Positions 25,224 to 40,821 of a stretch of DNA of 64,000 nucleotides are shown here, in pieces. Where the stretch lies: NCBI RefSeq assembly GCF_006345805.1, contig NC_043017.1:9424001-9488000 (forward strand), written 5' to 3'. How positions within the stretch are numbered: the first letter of the stretch is position 1; every line of letters starts with the position of its first letter. The position numbers and the translations under genes are program-made. Origin of the DNA: Octopus sinensis (Eukaryota). The notes beneath the pieces were generated by a model. That model had not been told where the DNA came from. It searched no databases and worked only from the letters and a program-made list of their open reading frames with translations.

Positions 25224-27399
25224 TACCAGCCAACTCTCCTTAGAATTACACATTTTAGAAAAATGGGAGGGGAACACGTTGTAAAATTGATAAAATGAAA
25301 GAAAAGAGATGTAATTAAGTTTTTATTACGAAAATTGGTATTCAAAATTATAACAAGCGCAGGAGGGGCTATGTGGTAGGAAGCTTGCTTCTAAACCACA
25401 TGGTTCCGGATTCAGTTCCTCTGCATGGCTTGGGCCGCCCAAAGCTTTGAGCGGGGCTAATGCAGTTTCGCACCTTTCCTTGAAAAATGCATTTGTTTTT
25501 GAAAAAACTTTGGTTAATGTTTACATCTTGATCCGGAAATGAAAATAAAAAAAAAAAAATTAATAATAATAATTTTTGTTGTTGCATATTCGTAATCTCC
25601 GACATCTAAAACATAGCAATCCAAAAAAAAAAAAATTTTTCAAAAAAATGCATTTTTCATGGAGAGATGCGAAACTGCATTAGTCCCACTTTGCGAGTAG
25701 ATTTGGTAGACGGAAACTGTTGTTGTTTGTTCCTTTTTGAGCCACGCTTGGCTCTTAAGGGCCGGTTTCCTTGGCGTATAGGTTCCCCACCTGGACGGGA
25801 CGCTGGTCCGTCGCAGGTGAGCTACTAGATGCATGAGGAAAGAGTGAGAGAAAGTTGTGGTGAAAGAGTCAGCAGAGGTTCGCCATAACCTTCTGCTGGA
25901 GCCATGTGGAGCTTAGGTGTTTCGCTTATAAACACACACATCGCTCGATCTGAGATTCGAACCCGCGATCCCTCGACCGCAAGTCCGCTGCTTTAACCAC
26001 TAGGCCATGTGCTTCCACACACACACACACATATATATACATATATGTGTGTGTTTGTCCCCCCACCCATCATCGCTTGACACCAACAGCTGTTGGTGTG
26101 CTTATGACCCCGTAACTTAGCGGTTCGGCAAAAGAAACCGATGGAATAATTACTAGGCTTACAAAGAAGTCCTGAGATCGATTTGTTCAACTAAAGGTGG
26201 TGCTCCAACATGGCCGTAGTCAAATGACTGAAACAAATAAAAGAATAAAGGTGTTGATAACGAATAAATGAAGAGCCTGTTGTGTGGTCGTTAGATTTGT
26301 TAGAAATTGCAGCCAGAAAATATAATTAACTTTGTAGAGGTGGAGTGCAAAATTGGCTACTGGGGCAAAATGAGTAATTTCTGGTTTTTCCATCATTGTT
26401 TTGTGCTGTTGCATCATCTTTAAGAGTAAAAATTGGTCAGCATAGTTGCTGTTAAGAGCTTGGAACATAGTCAGGTGACAGGCACTTTTTTTCCAGCAAT
26501 TTTTCCTCAAATTTAACCCGATTCTAATTGAGGTTGCTAACAAAACATCTAGATAATTTTTGATGTTTAACAATCAATCATTTTTTTCCCTTAAGGTAAT
26601 GAGCTGGTAGAATCGTTAGCACGCCAGGCAAACCACTTAGCGGTATTTCATGTCTTTACATTCTGAGTTCAAATTCCACCGCGGTCGACTTTGCCTTTCA
26701 ACCTTTTGGAGTCGATTAAATAAGTATCGGTTACGCACTGGGGTCGATATAATCAAGTTAATCCGTTTGTCCTCTCTGTGTTTAGGTATTTCGTCTGTCT
26801 TTACATTCTGAGTTCAAATTCCACCGATGTTGACTTTGCCTTTCATCTTTTGATATATTAAGTACCAGTTGCGTACTGGGGTCAATCTAATCAACAGGCC
26901 TCCTCCCCAAAAATTTCGGGCCTTGCGCCTAGAGTAGAAAAGAATATTCTTTTCCCTGTTGTATTATTCCAAGTTAATTTTTTCCTACACCAATGTCTAA
27001 TTTGAGTTTTCAATTTTCCAAAAAAATGTCTAAACTGGGACAAGATGAGTAATGATTATTTTCAATAATTTCTTCTCTTTGGTGTGTAAATATATCGATA
27101 AGACAATCATTCCAGCAGATCATGAAGAAGCTATAGAGAAAATTATATGCTGAGTTTTTTGGTTTTGTTTTCATTTAGTTAAGTTTGGTTAAATCATTTG
27201 TCATTTTTCCTTAATCCTTTGACCTAGATATTTTAATTTTTTGTTGTATTTCTGATCTTTCTAAGGATGGGTATTGATATGTAGGAGTCTTTTTTTTTTC
27301 AAGTGTATTTCTGGAGAATTGAAGAAGGAAATTTACCTTATCTTGTCTTACTCATTCTGTCCCACCTAAATTTGGCTTTTATATACTCAATTTATCTAG

Positions 27400-27680
27400 G
27401 TCATCCCTCAGGATGCCCCAAAACTGTTTCCACTCGTTTTCCCCATTCATCTTGATCTTCCATAATGGTCCTCAGCTCCTGTACCCCTTCCATACCAGTA
27501 TCCTCCAGCAAGTTGCCAATATAGGTCGTCTTCCTCCTTCCTCTCCTGGTTCTTCCTTCTGTTGGTTGCCAGAGCACTAAGCTTGTTAGCAGTTTCATCA
27601 GTATGTCCGATGCAGTGTCCAGCTAGTCTCATCCTTCTATGCCCTATCTTCAGTGTCACTTTTGGTAGTCCCTGGTATAA
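27400..27680 (-). mobile_element. RTE-like LINE 3' fragment
   Basis: RMRLAGHC and LWQPTEGRTRRGRRKTTYI...W frames match the RTE ORF2 C-terminus. Confidence 0.75.
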
Positions 27681-28171
27681 GAGAATGATGATTTTCTGAA
27701 ATAGTATTCTGAATATGTTAAAGAGACTTTTAGTGCATTTTTAGAAGGTCATTTGCTTAGCTGATGTAGTTTTTGTAAGATTCTTTATATTTATAAAAAA
27801 TATTTTTTATGTTTAAAATATTTTTTTCTCAATCAAAAAAAATCTTACTCATTGTGCTCCACTTCTGAAAATTAGTATTTTAAGAAGTAAAATTTTAATA
27901 CATATGTTGACAATGAGTAAATTAGAAATCTACTATGTGGTCACTAGCTTTGTTAGAAATAGCAACCAAATCTTTCCAAAATTATCAACTATCCACTTTG
28001 GAGGGCAGGGAGGAAATGTATTGTGAAGTTGAAAAAAATGAATGAAAAATGATGTAATTCATCATCATCATTGTCTGCTTTCCATGATGGCAGGGGTTGA
28101 ACGGTTTGACTGAGGGCTGGCAAGCCAGATGGCTGCACCAGGCTCCAATCTGATCTGGCAAAGTTTCTGCC

Positions 28172-28520
28172 TACTTATTAAGACTTAGATTTTTGATAGG
28201 CTCACTCTAAGACCCTTCGATTCTAATCCTTGCTTCCACACCTGAAACTTCTCCTCCAGTTCTGATAGTGATTCAGCAATTAGAGCAAGGTCATCAACAT
28301 AGAAGAGCTCCCAGGGGTATCCTGTCTTGAATTCCTCTGTTATTGCCTGGAGGACTATGATGAATAAGAAGGGGCTGAGGACTGATCCTTCATGGACCCC
28401 TACCCGGAATTCTTCACTGTACTCATTGCTAACTCTCACCTTACTGACAGCTTCCCTGTACATGGCTTGTACAGCTCTCACTAACCATTCATCTATCAAC
28501 ATTATTCTTGTAAAGGAATT
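28172..28520 (-). mobile_element. RTE LINE reverse-transcriptase fragment
   Basis: VGVHEGSVLSPFLF...WELFYVDDLAL contains the RT QG-SP and (Y)xDD motifs. Confidence 0.88.
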
Positions 28521-29530
28521 ATATATATCTTTCACTTGTTTCAGTCACTAAACTGCAGACATGCTGATGCACCGCCTCAAAGAATTTGAGCAAATTGACT
28601 GCAGTACATTCTTTTTTTTCTTCTTTTTAAATCTGATGCTTAGTCTGTAAGTCTCTTTTTACCAACCCACTGACAGGGACATAAACACACCAACACCGGT
28701 TGTCAAGCAGTGGTTGGAGACAAACACAGTCACAAAGACACATATGTACATAAATATGTATATATATATACGATGGGCTTCTTTCAGTTTCTGTTTACCG
28801 AATCCACTCTCAAGGCTTTGGTCTCCCTAGGATTACAGTAGAAGACACTTGCTCAAGGCGCCGAGCAGTGGAACTGAACCCAGAACCATGAGGTTGTAAA
28901 GCGAGTTTCTTAATCACTCAGCCATGCCTGGAAAAATCAGGTTGAGATGAATCACATGTTGTATAGCCCTGGGTCAGCCTTAAATGAGCAAATCCTTGAT
29001 CAAAGACATTCCCGCTATGACCACCCCATTTCAATACTTTGTATATATTGGACTAGGTCAGGCATAGGCAACATTTTGCAAGAAACAGGCCACATGAGAC
29101 ATGGCTCATCATCGTTTAACGTCCGTTCCCCATGCTAGCATGGGTTGGACGGTTCGACCGGGATCTGGGAAGCCAGAAGGCTGCACCAGGCCCAGTCTGA
29201 TCTGACAGTGTTTCTACAGCTGGATGCCCTTCCTAATGCCGACCACTCCGTGAGTGTAGTGGGTGCTTTTTACGTGCCAGGGGAGGCTGGCAACGACCAC
29301 GATCGGTTGGTGCTTTTTACGTATAAAATAAAATTCCAAGTAATTTCTCGTTTAGCCTTTGCCATTCACGAAATCCTTCAGGCTGCAGGTGACTGAATAA
29401 CATTCTAGAATGTGTCTGCTGCTTTTTTTTAAAGGCGATGAATTGTGGAGATGTGAATTAAAGGGAGACTATCCTTCCGACAGCAAAACAAAAAAATTTT
29501 TTCTTTTTTCTCTTTTCACTTATTTTTCAG

Positions 29531-29624
29531 AAATGTTGAGAAAATTCTGGCTGAAAAAGGAGAAAAAGTGACCAAAAATCAAAGCCATGATGGAACAGTA
29601 GAAATTGCACCCGATTCAAGCTGA
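29531..29624 (+). CDS. DNLZ: DNLZ exon 2 (terminal)
   Basis: Acceptor ctcttttcacttatttttcag|. The phase-2 join gives T-NVEKILAEKGEKVTKNQSHDGTVEIAPDSS*, matching the conserved zf-DNL NIEEILAxKGEKV segment. Confidence 0.92.
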
Positions 29625-31609
29625 TGATGTCATTCGTTTCTGTCTCATCTCTATGACGACTCTATTTCTTTCACAGGCATGAGAAATATATTTCTTGTGA
29701 CATTCATGTCTTTCCTTGCAGCAATATTAATAATGTCTTCACTAAAATCAAAGTGACATGAAATGGCTGTAACATCCTCATCATCGTTTTATGTCTGTTT
29801 TCCATGCTGGCATGGATCGTCTGAATTCAAAACACAATGATGGCTGTGACATTAACTTTTTTTTTGTTACCATTATTTCTGCCTTTGTTTCAATTAATTA
29901 TTCAAAACGAAGCATTCAGTAAAATTAATTTTGTCATTAATATTAATGAGCTGTGTTTGTAACATAAATTAACGTGAAATTTTGAAGGAAAGAATGATTA
30001 AATTTAGATCCCTTTAAAACGAAGTTTTTGTATCCTAGAACTAGAGGTAGTCTTAGACAGGTTGGTATCATCATCATTGTCATCGTTTAACGTCCGCTTT
30101 CCATGCTGGCATGGGTTAGATGGTTTGATTGAGGACTAGCAAGCCAGGAGGCTGCACCAGGCTCCAATCTGATCTGACAAACTTTCTACAGCTGGATGCC
30201 CTTCCTAATGCCGAGGGGATGCCCTTCCTAGGGTTAATAGATGATATACTCATCTTAATTCTCTATGTAGAGTTTTTGTGAAACTGTTGTCTTAAACTGT
30301 TTCGGAAAATAAAGAATCTAACTGTATTAGATTCTTCACTCAAACCAGAAAAAAACAAGTAGTTGCACCGTTTTGTTATGTCTCTCTTGAAATACACAGC
30401 CTTTATTTTAATTAATTCTGAAAATAATTATTTATTAAAAATAACTTTGTCTTTTTTAAGCAGGTATTTGGAACATAGATTAAGAGAAAATTTTTAGGGA
30501 TGGTTTTAATTCAGATCATTTTTAAAACAAGAGGTGGACTCAGTCTGGTATCAAAAGGGTTCCACATGTTGGTTTACCAACTGAGCACCAGTTGAGCACT
30601 GGCCTTATACCAAAATTTAAAACCATTATTATTCGTACCAGAAGACCTGTTGAGTCAAGTAAAACCAATACCATAACTGTGGCCAGTGGCCCCTGGCTGG
30701 CTCCCGTGCTGGTGGTATGTAAAAAGCACTATCCGAAAGTGATTATTGCCAGGCCCGCCTGACTGGCTCCTGTAGCGGTGGCACATAAAAAGGACCCACT
30801 GCACTCTCAGAGTGGTTGGCGTTAGGAAGGGCATCCTGCTGTAGAAACACTGCCAGATCAGATTGGAGCCTGGTGCAGCTTCCCCAGCTTGCCAGACCTC
30901 AGTCAAACCGTCCAACCCATGCCAGCATAGAAAGCAGACGTTAAACGATGATGACAGTGAGATATAACATCACTTTGGCTGTGTGATTGTGCAATTCAGT
31001 GCCCTTGCATGGTACCTTGCAAAAATGTGCATCTCTCCTTGACATTGCACAATTGTTGTAAATGAAGGTCAACTGCTTCCAATATTCTGTGAAAAAATTT
31101 CCGAGCCTGGTGCAGCCTCCAGGCTTGCCAGTTCTCAGTCAAACCATTCAACTTGTGCCAGCATGGAAAGCAGACATTAACAACAATGATGATGATGAGG
31201 GAAATTGGTGATGGGGAAGGCGTTCAACCAGAGAAAAATTTGCCTCAATAAACTCTGCTCAACCCATGCAAGCAGGGAAAAGTGGACATGAAACGATGAT
31301 TGAATGAAAAAACTAAAAAACCCAGATATGTACAAAATTAAAAATTATTTATTCAAAATAGAAAAAAAAAAAAAAAGAAAATTTAGAATGATTTTGAATT
31401 TTTATATGTATAATATATATTTTTCTACACTTTTTAAAATTTATTTAAAAAAATTAATTAGAAGTAAATACACAAGTAAAATCAATTTAAAAAATAAACG
31501 ATATATTTCCATCTTTGATTGAAGTTGGTTGGTAATAGCTTAATTATGTCTTCATGTGTCAGTCACAGCAATCAATTATTTGCAAGTAAACATCAGGAAT
31601 CACCTTAGT

Positions 31610-31626
31610 TTACATTCTGAGGCCAC
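31610..31626 (-). CDS. HSD17B8: HSD17B8 terminal exon, coding part (G-GLRM*)
   Basis: Acceptor ttttttcttgttcttag|GT GGC CTC AGA ATG TAA; the phase-1 join gives ...SIEVSGGLRM*, like the family ending GGLxM*. AATAAA downstream at 31440-31445. Confidence 0.8.
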
Positions 31627-31749
31627 CTAAGAACAAGAAAAAATTTTTTAATTAAACAAATATAGAGAAAAATACAAGGATTGGTAGCCATGGTTATGGA
31701 TAATATATTTTCCTTAATAATTGTCTTAACTCTTTGTCTGTCCTGTTTA

Positions 31750-32090
31750 TCATCATCATCATCGTTTAACGTCCGTTCTCCATGCTAGCATGGGTTGGAC
31801 GGTTCGACCGGGGATCTGGGAAGCCAGAAGGCTGCACCAGGCTCCAGTCTTATCTGGCAGTGTTTCTACAGCTGGATGCCCTTCCTAACGCCAACCACTC
31901 CGTGAGTGTAGTGGGTGCTTTTTTCGTGCCACCTGCACAGGTGCCAGGTGAGGCTGGCAACGGCCACGGTCGGATTGGTGTATTTTATGTGCCACCGGCA
32001 CGGAAGCCAGTCGAGGCGGCGCTGGCATCAGCCACGAGTCAGATAGTGCTTTTTACGTACCACCAGACCAGGGATCCTGGCTGGTTCAAT
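31750..32090 (-). mobile_element. Repeat family C (retroposon 3' end with (GAT)n tail)
   Basis: Reverse of ...gttaggaagggcatccagctgtagaaacactgccaga...cccatgctagcatggagaacggacgttaaacgatgatgatg. Copies at about 28100, 29105, 30068, 30650(+), 33420, 41750, 44565, 45490(+), 49075, 52835, 53997(+), 57320(+), 60715(+), 62698. Confidence 0.8.
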
Positions 32091-33097
32091 TCGATTTCGA
32101 TTCGCTTGCCCCAACATGTCTTCGCAAGCAAAGGGAGTTGGCATGGGTGCCTGTCGTCGGATGAGGTTCTATATCGACTTCGCTTATGTGATATCCAGAA
32201 CATATTTGCCTGACATCCATGCATCACATTCCCAATTTTATTCAAACCCCAGAGTAACTTGGGACTTATGTAAGGGAAACTTTATATAACTCAGAACATA
32301 TTAAACAAGGGCTAATTAAGCCTGTAAATGAATACAGATTTAACAAACTTATTAAAAATGCTTTGCAAGAGAGTTAATTAATGTATTGATTCCAGTTATT
32401 TGCATTTAAAATATGTTCCAGGAACACAAGATACTCTGTATATATTAGCATAATAGCATATATTAGCATAATTAGTAGTCATCTTGACTACTGTACTGTA
32501 AATGTTTAATCTGAATGAGATTTAAATTTTATAGTTACCAAGGTCGGTGTTCAAGATAAGAATTTTTTTTTTTTTTAATGCTGATCACCCACCCTCTCCT
32601 TTGCGTAAGTATTTCACTCTATCTACCTCTCTACCACTTTCTATTTCTCTCCACCCACCTCTCCCACTCCTGCTCAATATTATATGTACTTTTACATACA
32701 TTCTAAAGAAATATTTTTATCTAATATAACTACTTTACTTCCTCTCCCAAGCCTTCCTGTCTTTTGTTAATATTAAGGATGGTCAAGGAGGTGAGCTGGC
32801 AGGAACTTTAGCACATTGGGCGAGAATGCTTATCAGTATTTCATCTGTCTTTACGTTCTGAGTTCAAATTCCGCCAAGGTCGACTTTGCCTTTCGTCGTT
32901 TCAGAGTCAATAAATTAAGTACCAGTTGCATACTGGGGTTGATTTAATCGACTGGCTCCCTCCCCCAAAATTTCGGGCCTTGTGCCTAGAGTAGAAAAGA
33001 ATATTAAGGATGCTGTGAAACAAAATGTTTACTATTTGTATTTATTTTCAATCACCATACCAAGCTCATATGAGTCTTCTATACATTGTATATTTAA

Positions 33098-33318
33098 CCC
33101 TTTAGTGTTCACCTTATTCTTCCAAAATTAATGCTTTTTTATCTACATTGTTTTGAACGAATCATGCATTATCTTGTAGCTATGAGATTTTGATGAGGAA
33201 GCTGTTAATTTTTAAGATGATATTGTAGGGTTGGTGTGAGAGACCAGATATGGCTAGTTTAAACATAAAACAGGTAGAATATTTTTGGCCGGATATGGCC
33301 GGTTTAATTACTAAAGGG
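33098..33318. mobile_element. piggyBac-type MITE, 221 bp (second copy)
   Basis: TTAA|CCCTTTAG...CTAAAGGG|TTAA; internal sequence alignable to 4363-4583. Confidence 0.85.
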
Positions 33319-35093
33319 TTAAACCAGTCCTATCCAGTCCCAAATATTCCATCTGTTTTATGTTCAAACTGACCAGAACCAGACTCTCACACCTACCCTA
33401 TGTTCTATATTAAGCAATCACCATCATCGTTTGATGTCCATTTTCCATGCTAGGATGGTTTGGACGGTTCGACCGGGGTCTGGGAAGCCAAGAGGCTGCA
33501 CCAGGCTCCAGTCTGATCTAGCAGTGTTTCTACGGCTGGATGTCCTTCCTAACACCAACCACTCTGAGAGTGTAGTGGGTGCTTTTTACGTGCCACCGGC
33601 ACAGGGGCCAGATGAGGCTGGCAAATGGCCACGATCGGTTGATGCTTTTACGTATCACCGACACATCAAAATCTCAAAGATATGAGATAATGCAGGATTA
33701 ATTCAAAACAATGTGAATTAATAATCATTGCTTTTGATAGAATAATCTGAATGCTAAAGGAATGACGAATAATGTTCATATGCATCCTTAGAGATGAAAC
33801 ATTGGTGTAACCACGACATTCTGGTGGGGTCTTATGAGCAAGCCTTCTGTATCTGCACTGATTAGTAAGTAATTGTATTGCATGGTGCTGAATATGCATA
33901 TTAATGCAGAAATGATGGCAAGTGGTTAAATAAATATATTTCTTTACTACCCACAAGGGGCTAAACATAGAGGAGACAAACAAGGACAGACAAACGGATT
34001 AAGTCGATTACATCGACCCCAGTACGTAACTGGTACTTAATTTATCGACCCCTGAAAGGATGAAAGGCAAAGGCGACCTCGGCAGAATTTGAACTCAGAA
34101 CGTAACGGCAGATGAAATACGGCTACGCATTTCGCCCGGCGTGCTAACGTTTCTGCCAGCTCGCCACCTGGTTAAATAAATAGATTCTCCTCTCATGCCT
34201 CCTGTTTCTTTATGGTTTACATACTCTTCATGAAATGATTTCATCAATTGGATCTCCTGGATTTCAACTGCAGAGAAGTGTGCATTACATTCATTCAAAG
34301 TAGATTACCACATTCATTAGATGTCTCTTTCTCTCTCCCTATCAATCATCATAGTTTACCATTCACTTTCCATGCTGGCATGGGTTGGACAATTTGACAT
34401 GGAGTTGGTCAGACTCCAATTGTCTCTTGAGGCATGGTTTTCTACAGCTGGGTGCCCTTCTTAAGACCAACTTATTTCTTTATTACCCACAAGGGGCTAA
34501 ACATAGAGGGGACAAACAAGGACAGACATAGGTATTAAGTTGATTACATCGACCCCAGTGCATAACTGGTACTTTATCGACCCCGAAAGGATGAAAGAAA
34601 AGTCGAGCTCGGCGGGATTTAAACTCACAATGTAGCGGCAGACGAAATACTGCTACGCATTTCGTCTGATGTGCTAAAGTTTCTGCCAGCTCGCCGCCTT
34701 AACAGAGTGTAGTGGGTGTTTTTTACATGCCACTGGCACAAGTGCGCTTACACAGCATTGGCACAGATGCTTTTTATGTAGGACTGCCACCTAAAACGAC
34801 AGGCCTGTATGTGTGGAAGACAGCGATTTTTACTTAGCTTGATGCATCTTATCCAGGTACAGCAAATCACCACATCTCCCAGGTCCTTGTCATTTCTTCA
34901 GTGAGGCCCAGCATCTAAAGGTCCTTTCTCACCACTTCATCCCATGTCTTCCTGAGTCTACCCCTTCCATGTACCCTCCACAATTAGAGCTCACCACTTT
35001 TTTTATTTAGCTGTGCTCATATATGTATACATATATATATATATGCTCTTTCAAACATGGTATATTATATAGTGTGTGTAAATAAAAACCCAC

Positions 35094-35168
35094 CTGACAC
35101 TTCTATAGAAGCACCATTTACATATCCACTGCGTTTTGAAGCCAAAAACAAACACACTTCTGCAATGT
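35094..35168 (-). CDS. HSD17B8: HSD17B8 exon (D-IAEVCLFLASKRSGYVNGASIEVS-G)
   Basis: Acceptor ttctcttttaatttcag|, donor CAG|GTGGGT; SDR C-terminal FLAS..SxYxxG motif; phases 1/1 consistent with neighbours. Confidence 0.9.
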
Positions 35169-35246
35169 CTGAAATTAAAAGAGAAACAAAGAACTGATCA
35201 ACTCTCAAAATGACCTCAGGACAGACAAAAACGATACATTTTATTA

Positions 35247-36525
35247 TATATACATACATATACATATACATAAACACATACATACATATACACACATACA
35301 TACACACACATACAAACACACACATACATACATACATATACACACATACATACATAAACACATACATATATACACACACATACATACATACACACACACA
35401 TACACACATACATACATATACACACACACATACATATATTCATGTACATACATACATATACATACACACATACATACATATAAACACATATATATACACA
35501 CACATACATACACACACATACATACACACACATACATACACACACATACATATATACACACACACATACATACATATACACATACATACATATACACACA
35601 TATACACACATACACACACACATACATACATACACACACACACACATACATATACACACATACATACATACACACACACACACACATACATATACACACA
35701 CATACATACACATACATACACACACACATACATACATTCATACACACATATGTACACACACATACATATATACACACACATACATATACATACACACACA
35801 TACATACATATAAACACATATATATACACACACATACATACACACACATACACACACATACATACACATACATACACACACATACATACACATACATACA
35901 TATATACACACACACATACATACATATACACATACACACATTCATATACACACATACATATACATACATTCATACATATACATACATACACACACACACA
36001 CATACATACACACACACACATACATACACACACACACACACATACATACATACACACACACACATACATACACACACACACACACATACACACATACATA
36101 TACACACACACACACATACATACATACACACACACACATACATACACACACACACACACATACACACACACATACATACATATACACACACATACATACA
36201 TATACACACACACATACATACATACACACACACACATACATACATACACACACACATACATACATATACACACACATACATACATATACACACACACATA
36301 CATACATATACACACACATACATACATATACACACACACATACATACACACATACACACACATACACACACACATACATACATACACACATACACACACA
36401 TACATACACACACGCACACACATACATACACACACACATACATACATATACACACACATACATACATATACACACACATACATACACACATACACATACA
36501 TACACACATACATACATACACACAC

Positions 36526-36556
<31 letters not shown>

Positions 36557-37013
36557 TACATACATACACACGCATACATACACACACACATACATATACG
36601 CACACACATACATACACACACATACATACATACATACGCACACACATACATACACACACATACATACATACATATATACATACATACATATATATATACA
36701 CACACCACACACATACATACACACATACATACATACACACACACACATACATACATACACACACATACATACATACATACATATATACATACATACATAT
36801 ATATATACACACACCACATACATACACACACACACACATACATACACACACACATACATACACACACACATACATACATACATACATACACATACATACA
36901 TACATACACCACACACACACATAATACACACACATACATACACACACATACATATATACAACATACATACATAATACATACATACATATATATAACACAC
37001 ACCACACATACAT

Positions 37014-37046
<33 letters not shown>

Positions 37047-37365
37047 CATACACACACACATACACACACACATACATACATACACACATACATACATATA
37101 TACATACATACATATATATATACACACACCACATACATACACACACACACACATACATACACACACACACACATACACACACACATACATACATACATAC
37201 ATACACATACAGATACATACATACATACACACACACATACATACATACACACACATACACACACACATACATACATACACACACATACATACACACACAT
37301 ACATATATACATACATACATACATATATACATACATACATATATATATACACACACCACATACAT

Positions 37366-37398
<33 letters not shown>

Positions 37399-37827
37399 CA
37401 TACACACACACATACACACACACATACATACATACACACATACATACATATATACATACATACATATATATATACACACACCACATACATAACACACACA
37501 CACACATATACACACAACACACACACAACACACATACACACACACATACACACACACATACATACATACACACATACATACATACACACACACACACACA
37601 TACATACACACACACATACATATATACATACATACATATATATACACACACCACATACATACACACACACACATACATACATACATACACACACATACAG
37701 ATACATACATACATACACACACACATACATACACACACATACATACACACATACATACATACACACATACATACACACACATACATATATACATACATAC
37801 ATATATATATACACACACCACATACAT

Positions 37828-37866
<39 letters not shown>

Positions 37867-38999
37867 TACACACACACATACACACACACATACATACATA
37901 CACACACATACATACATACACACACACACACACATACATACACACACACATACATATATACATACATACATATATATACACACACCACATACATACACAC
38001 ACACACATACATACATACATACACACACATACATACACACACATACATACACACACACACATACATACACACACACATACATACATACATACATACACAC
38101 ATACATACACACACATACATACCTACACACACACACATACATACACACACACATACATATATACATACATACATATATATACACACACCACATACATACA
38201 TACACACACATACACACACACACACACATACATACATACACACACACATATATATATATATACACACACCACATACATACATACATACACACACATACAT
38301 ACACACACATACATACACACACACTACACACACACACATACATACACACACACATACATATATACATACATACATATATATACACACACCACATACATAC
38401 ACACATACACACACATACATACCTACACACACACACATACACACACACATACATACATACATATATATATACACACACCACATACATACATATATCATAC
38501 ATACATATATACATACATACATACATATATATATAACACACACATACATACATATATACACACACCACATACATACATACACACACACTACATACACACA
38601 TATACATACATACATATACACACACAGACATACATACACACATACATACATATTATAACACACACCACATACATACACACACACACACACACACATACCA
38701 TACATACACACACCATACATATATATATACACACACCACATACATACATATATACATACATACATATATACATACATACATACATATATATATACACACC
38801 ACATACATACATATATACACACACCACATACATACATACACCACACACATACATACATACATATATACATACATACATATACACACACATACATACATAC
38901 ACACATACATACATATATATACACACACCACATACATACACAACACACACACACACATACATACATACACACACACATACATATATATATACACACACC

Positions 39000-39044
<45 letters not shown>

Positions 39045-39193
39045 CACACACACATACACACATACATATATACATACATACATACACACATACATATATA
39101 CACACAACACACACAACACACATACACACATACATATATACACACACACACACATATACACACACATACATACACACATACATATATATATCC

Positions 39194-39238
<45 letters not shown>

Positions 39239-39701
39239 TATACACATACATATATACACACACACACATACATACATACATACATACACACACACATATA
39301 TACACACACATACATACATATATATATATCCACATACATACATACACACATACACACATACACACATACATACATACACATATATATACACACATACATA
39401 CACACACACACATACATACATACATACATACACACATATATATACATACATACATACATACACACATACATATATACGCACACACACATACATACATACA
39501 CACATACATACACACACACATACATACACACACACATACACATACATACATACACATATATATACACACATACATACACACTACATACATACATACATAC
39601 ATACATACACACATATATACATACATACATATATAATATACACACACCACCACATACTACACATACACACATACATACATACACACACACACATATACAC
39701 A

Positions 39702-39733
<32 letters not shown>

Positions 39734-40789
39734 TACATACACACACATACATACCTACACACACACACATACACACACACATACATACATACATATATAA
39801 TACACACACCACATACATACATATATACATACATACATATATACACACATACATACATATATATATACACAACCACATACATACATATATACACACACAC
39901 ATACATACATACACACACACATACATACATACATATACATACATACATATACACACACATACATACATACACACATACATACATATATATACACACACCA
40001 CATACATACAACACACACACACACACATCATACATACACACACACATACAATACATACATACACACACACCACATACATACATACACACACTACACACAC
40101 ACACACACACATATATATATACACACACACATACAACACACACACATACATACACATACACACATACATATATACAACACACACACACACACCACATACA
40201 CATACATATATACACACACACACATAATACACACACACACTACACACACACATATATATATACACATACATACATACACAACACACACACACACACACAC
40301 ACCACATATACATATACACATACATATATACACACACACATACATACATACACACACACACATATACACACACATACATACATATATATATATACCACAT
40401 ACATACATACACACATACACACATACATACATACACATATATATAACACACACATACATACACACACACACATACATACACACATATATATACATACATA
40501 CATACATACATACACACATATATATACATACATACATACATACACACATATACACATACATATATACGCACACACACATACATACATACACACATACATA
40601 CACACACACATACATACACACACACATACACATACATACATACACATATATATACACACATACATACACACATATATATACATACATACATACATACACA
40701 CATATATACATACATACATATATATATACACACACCACATACATACACATACACACATACATACATACACACACACACATATACACATA

Positions 40790-40821
<32 letters not shown>

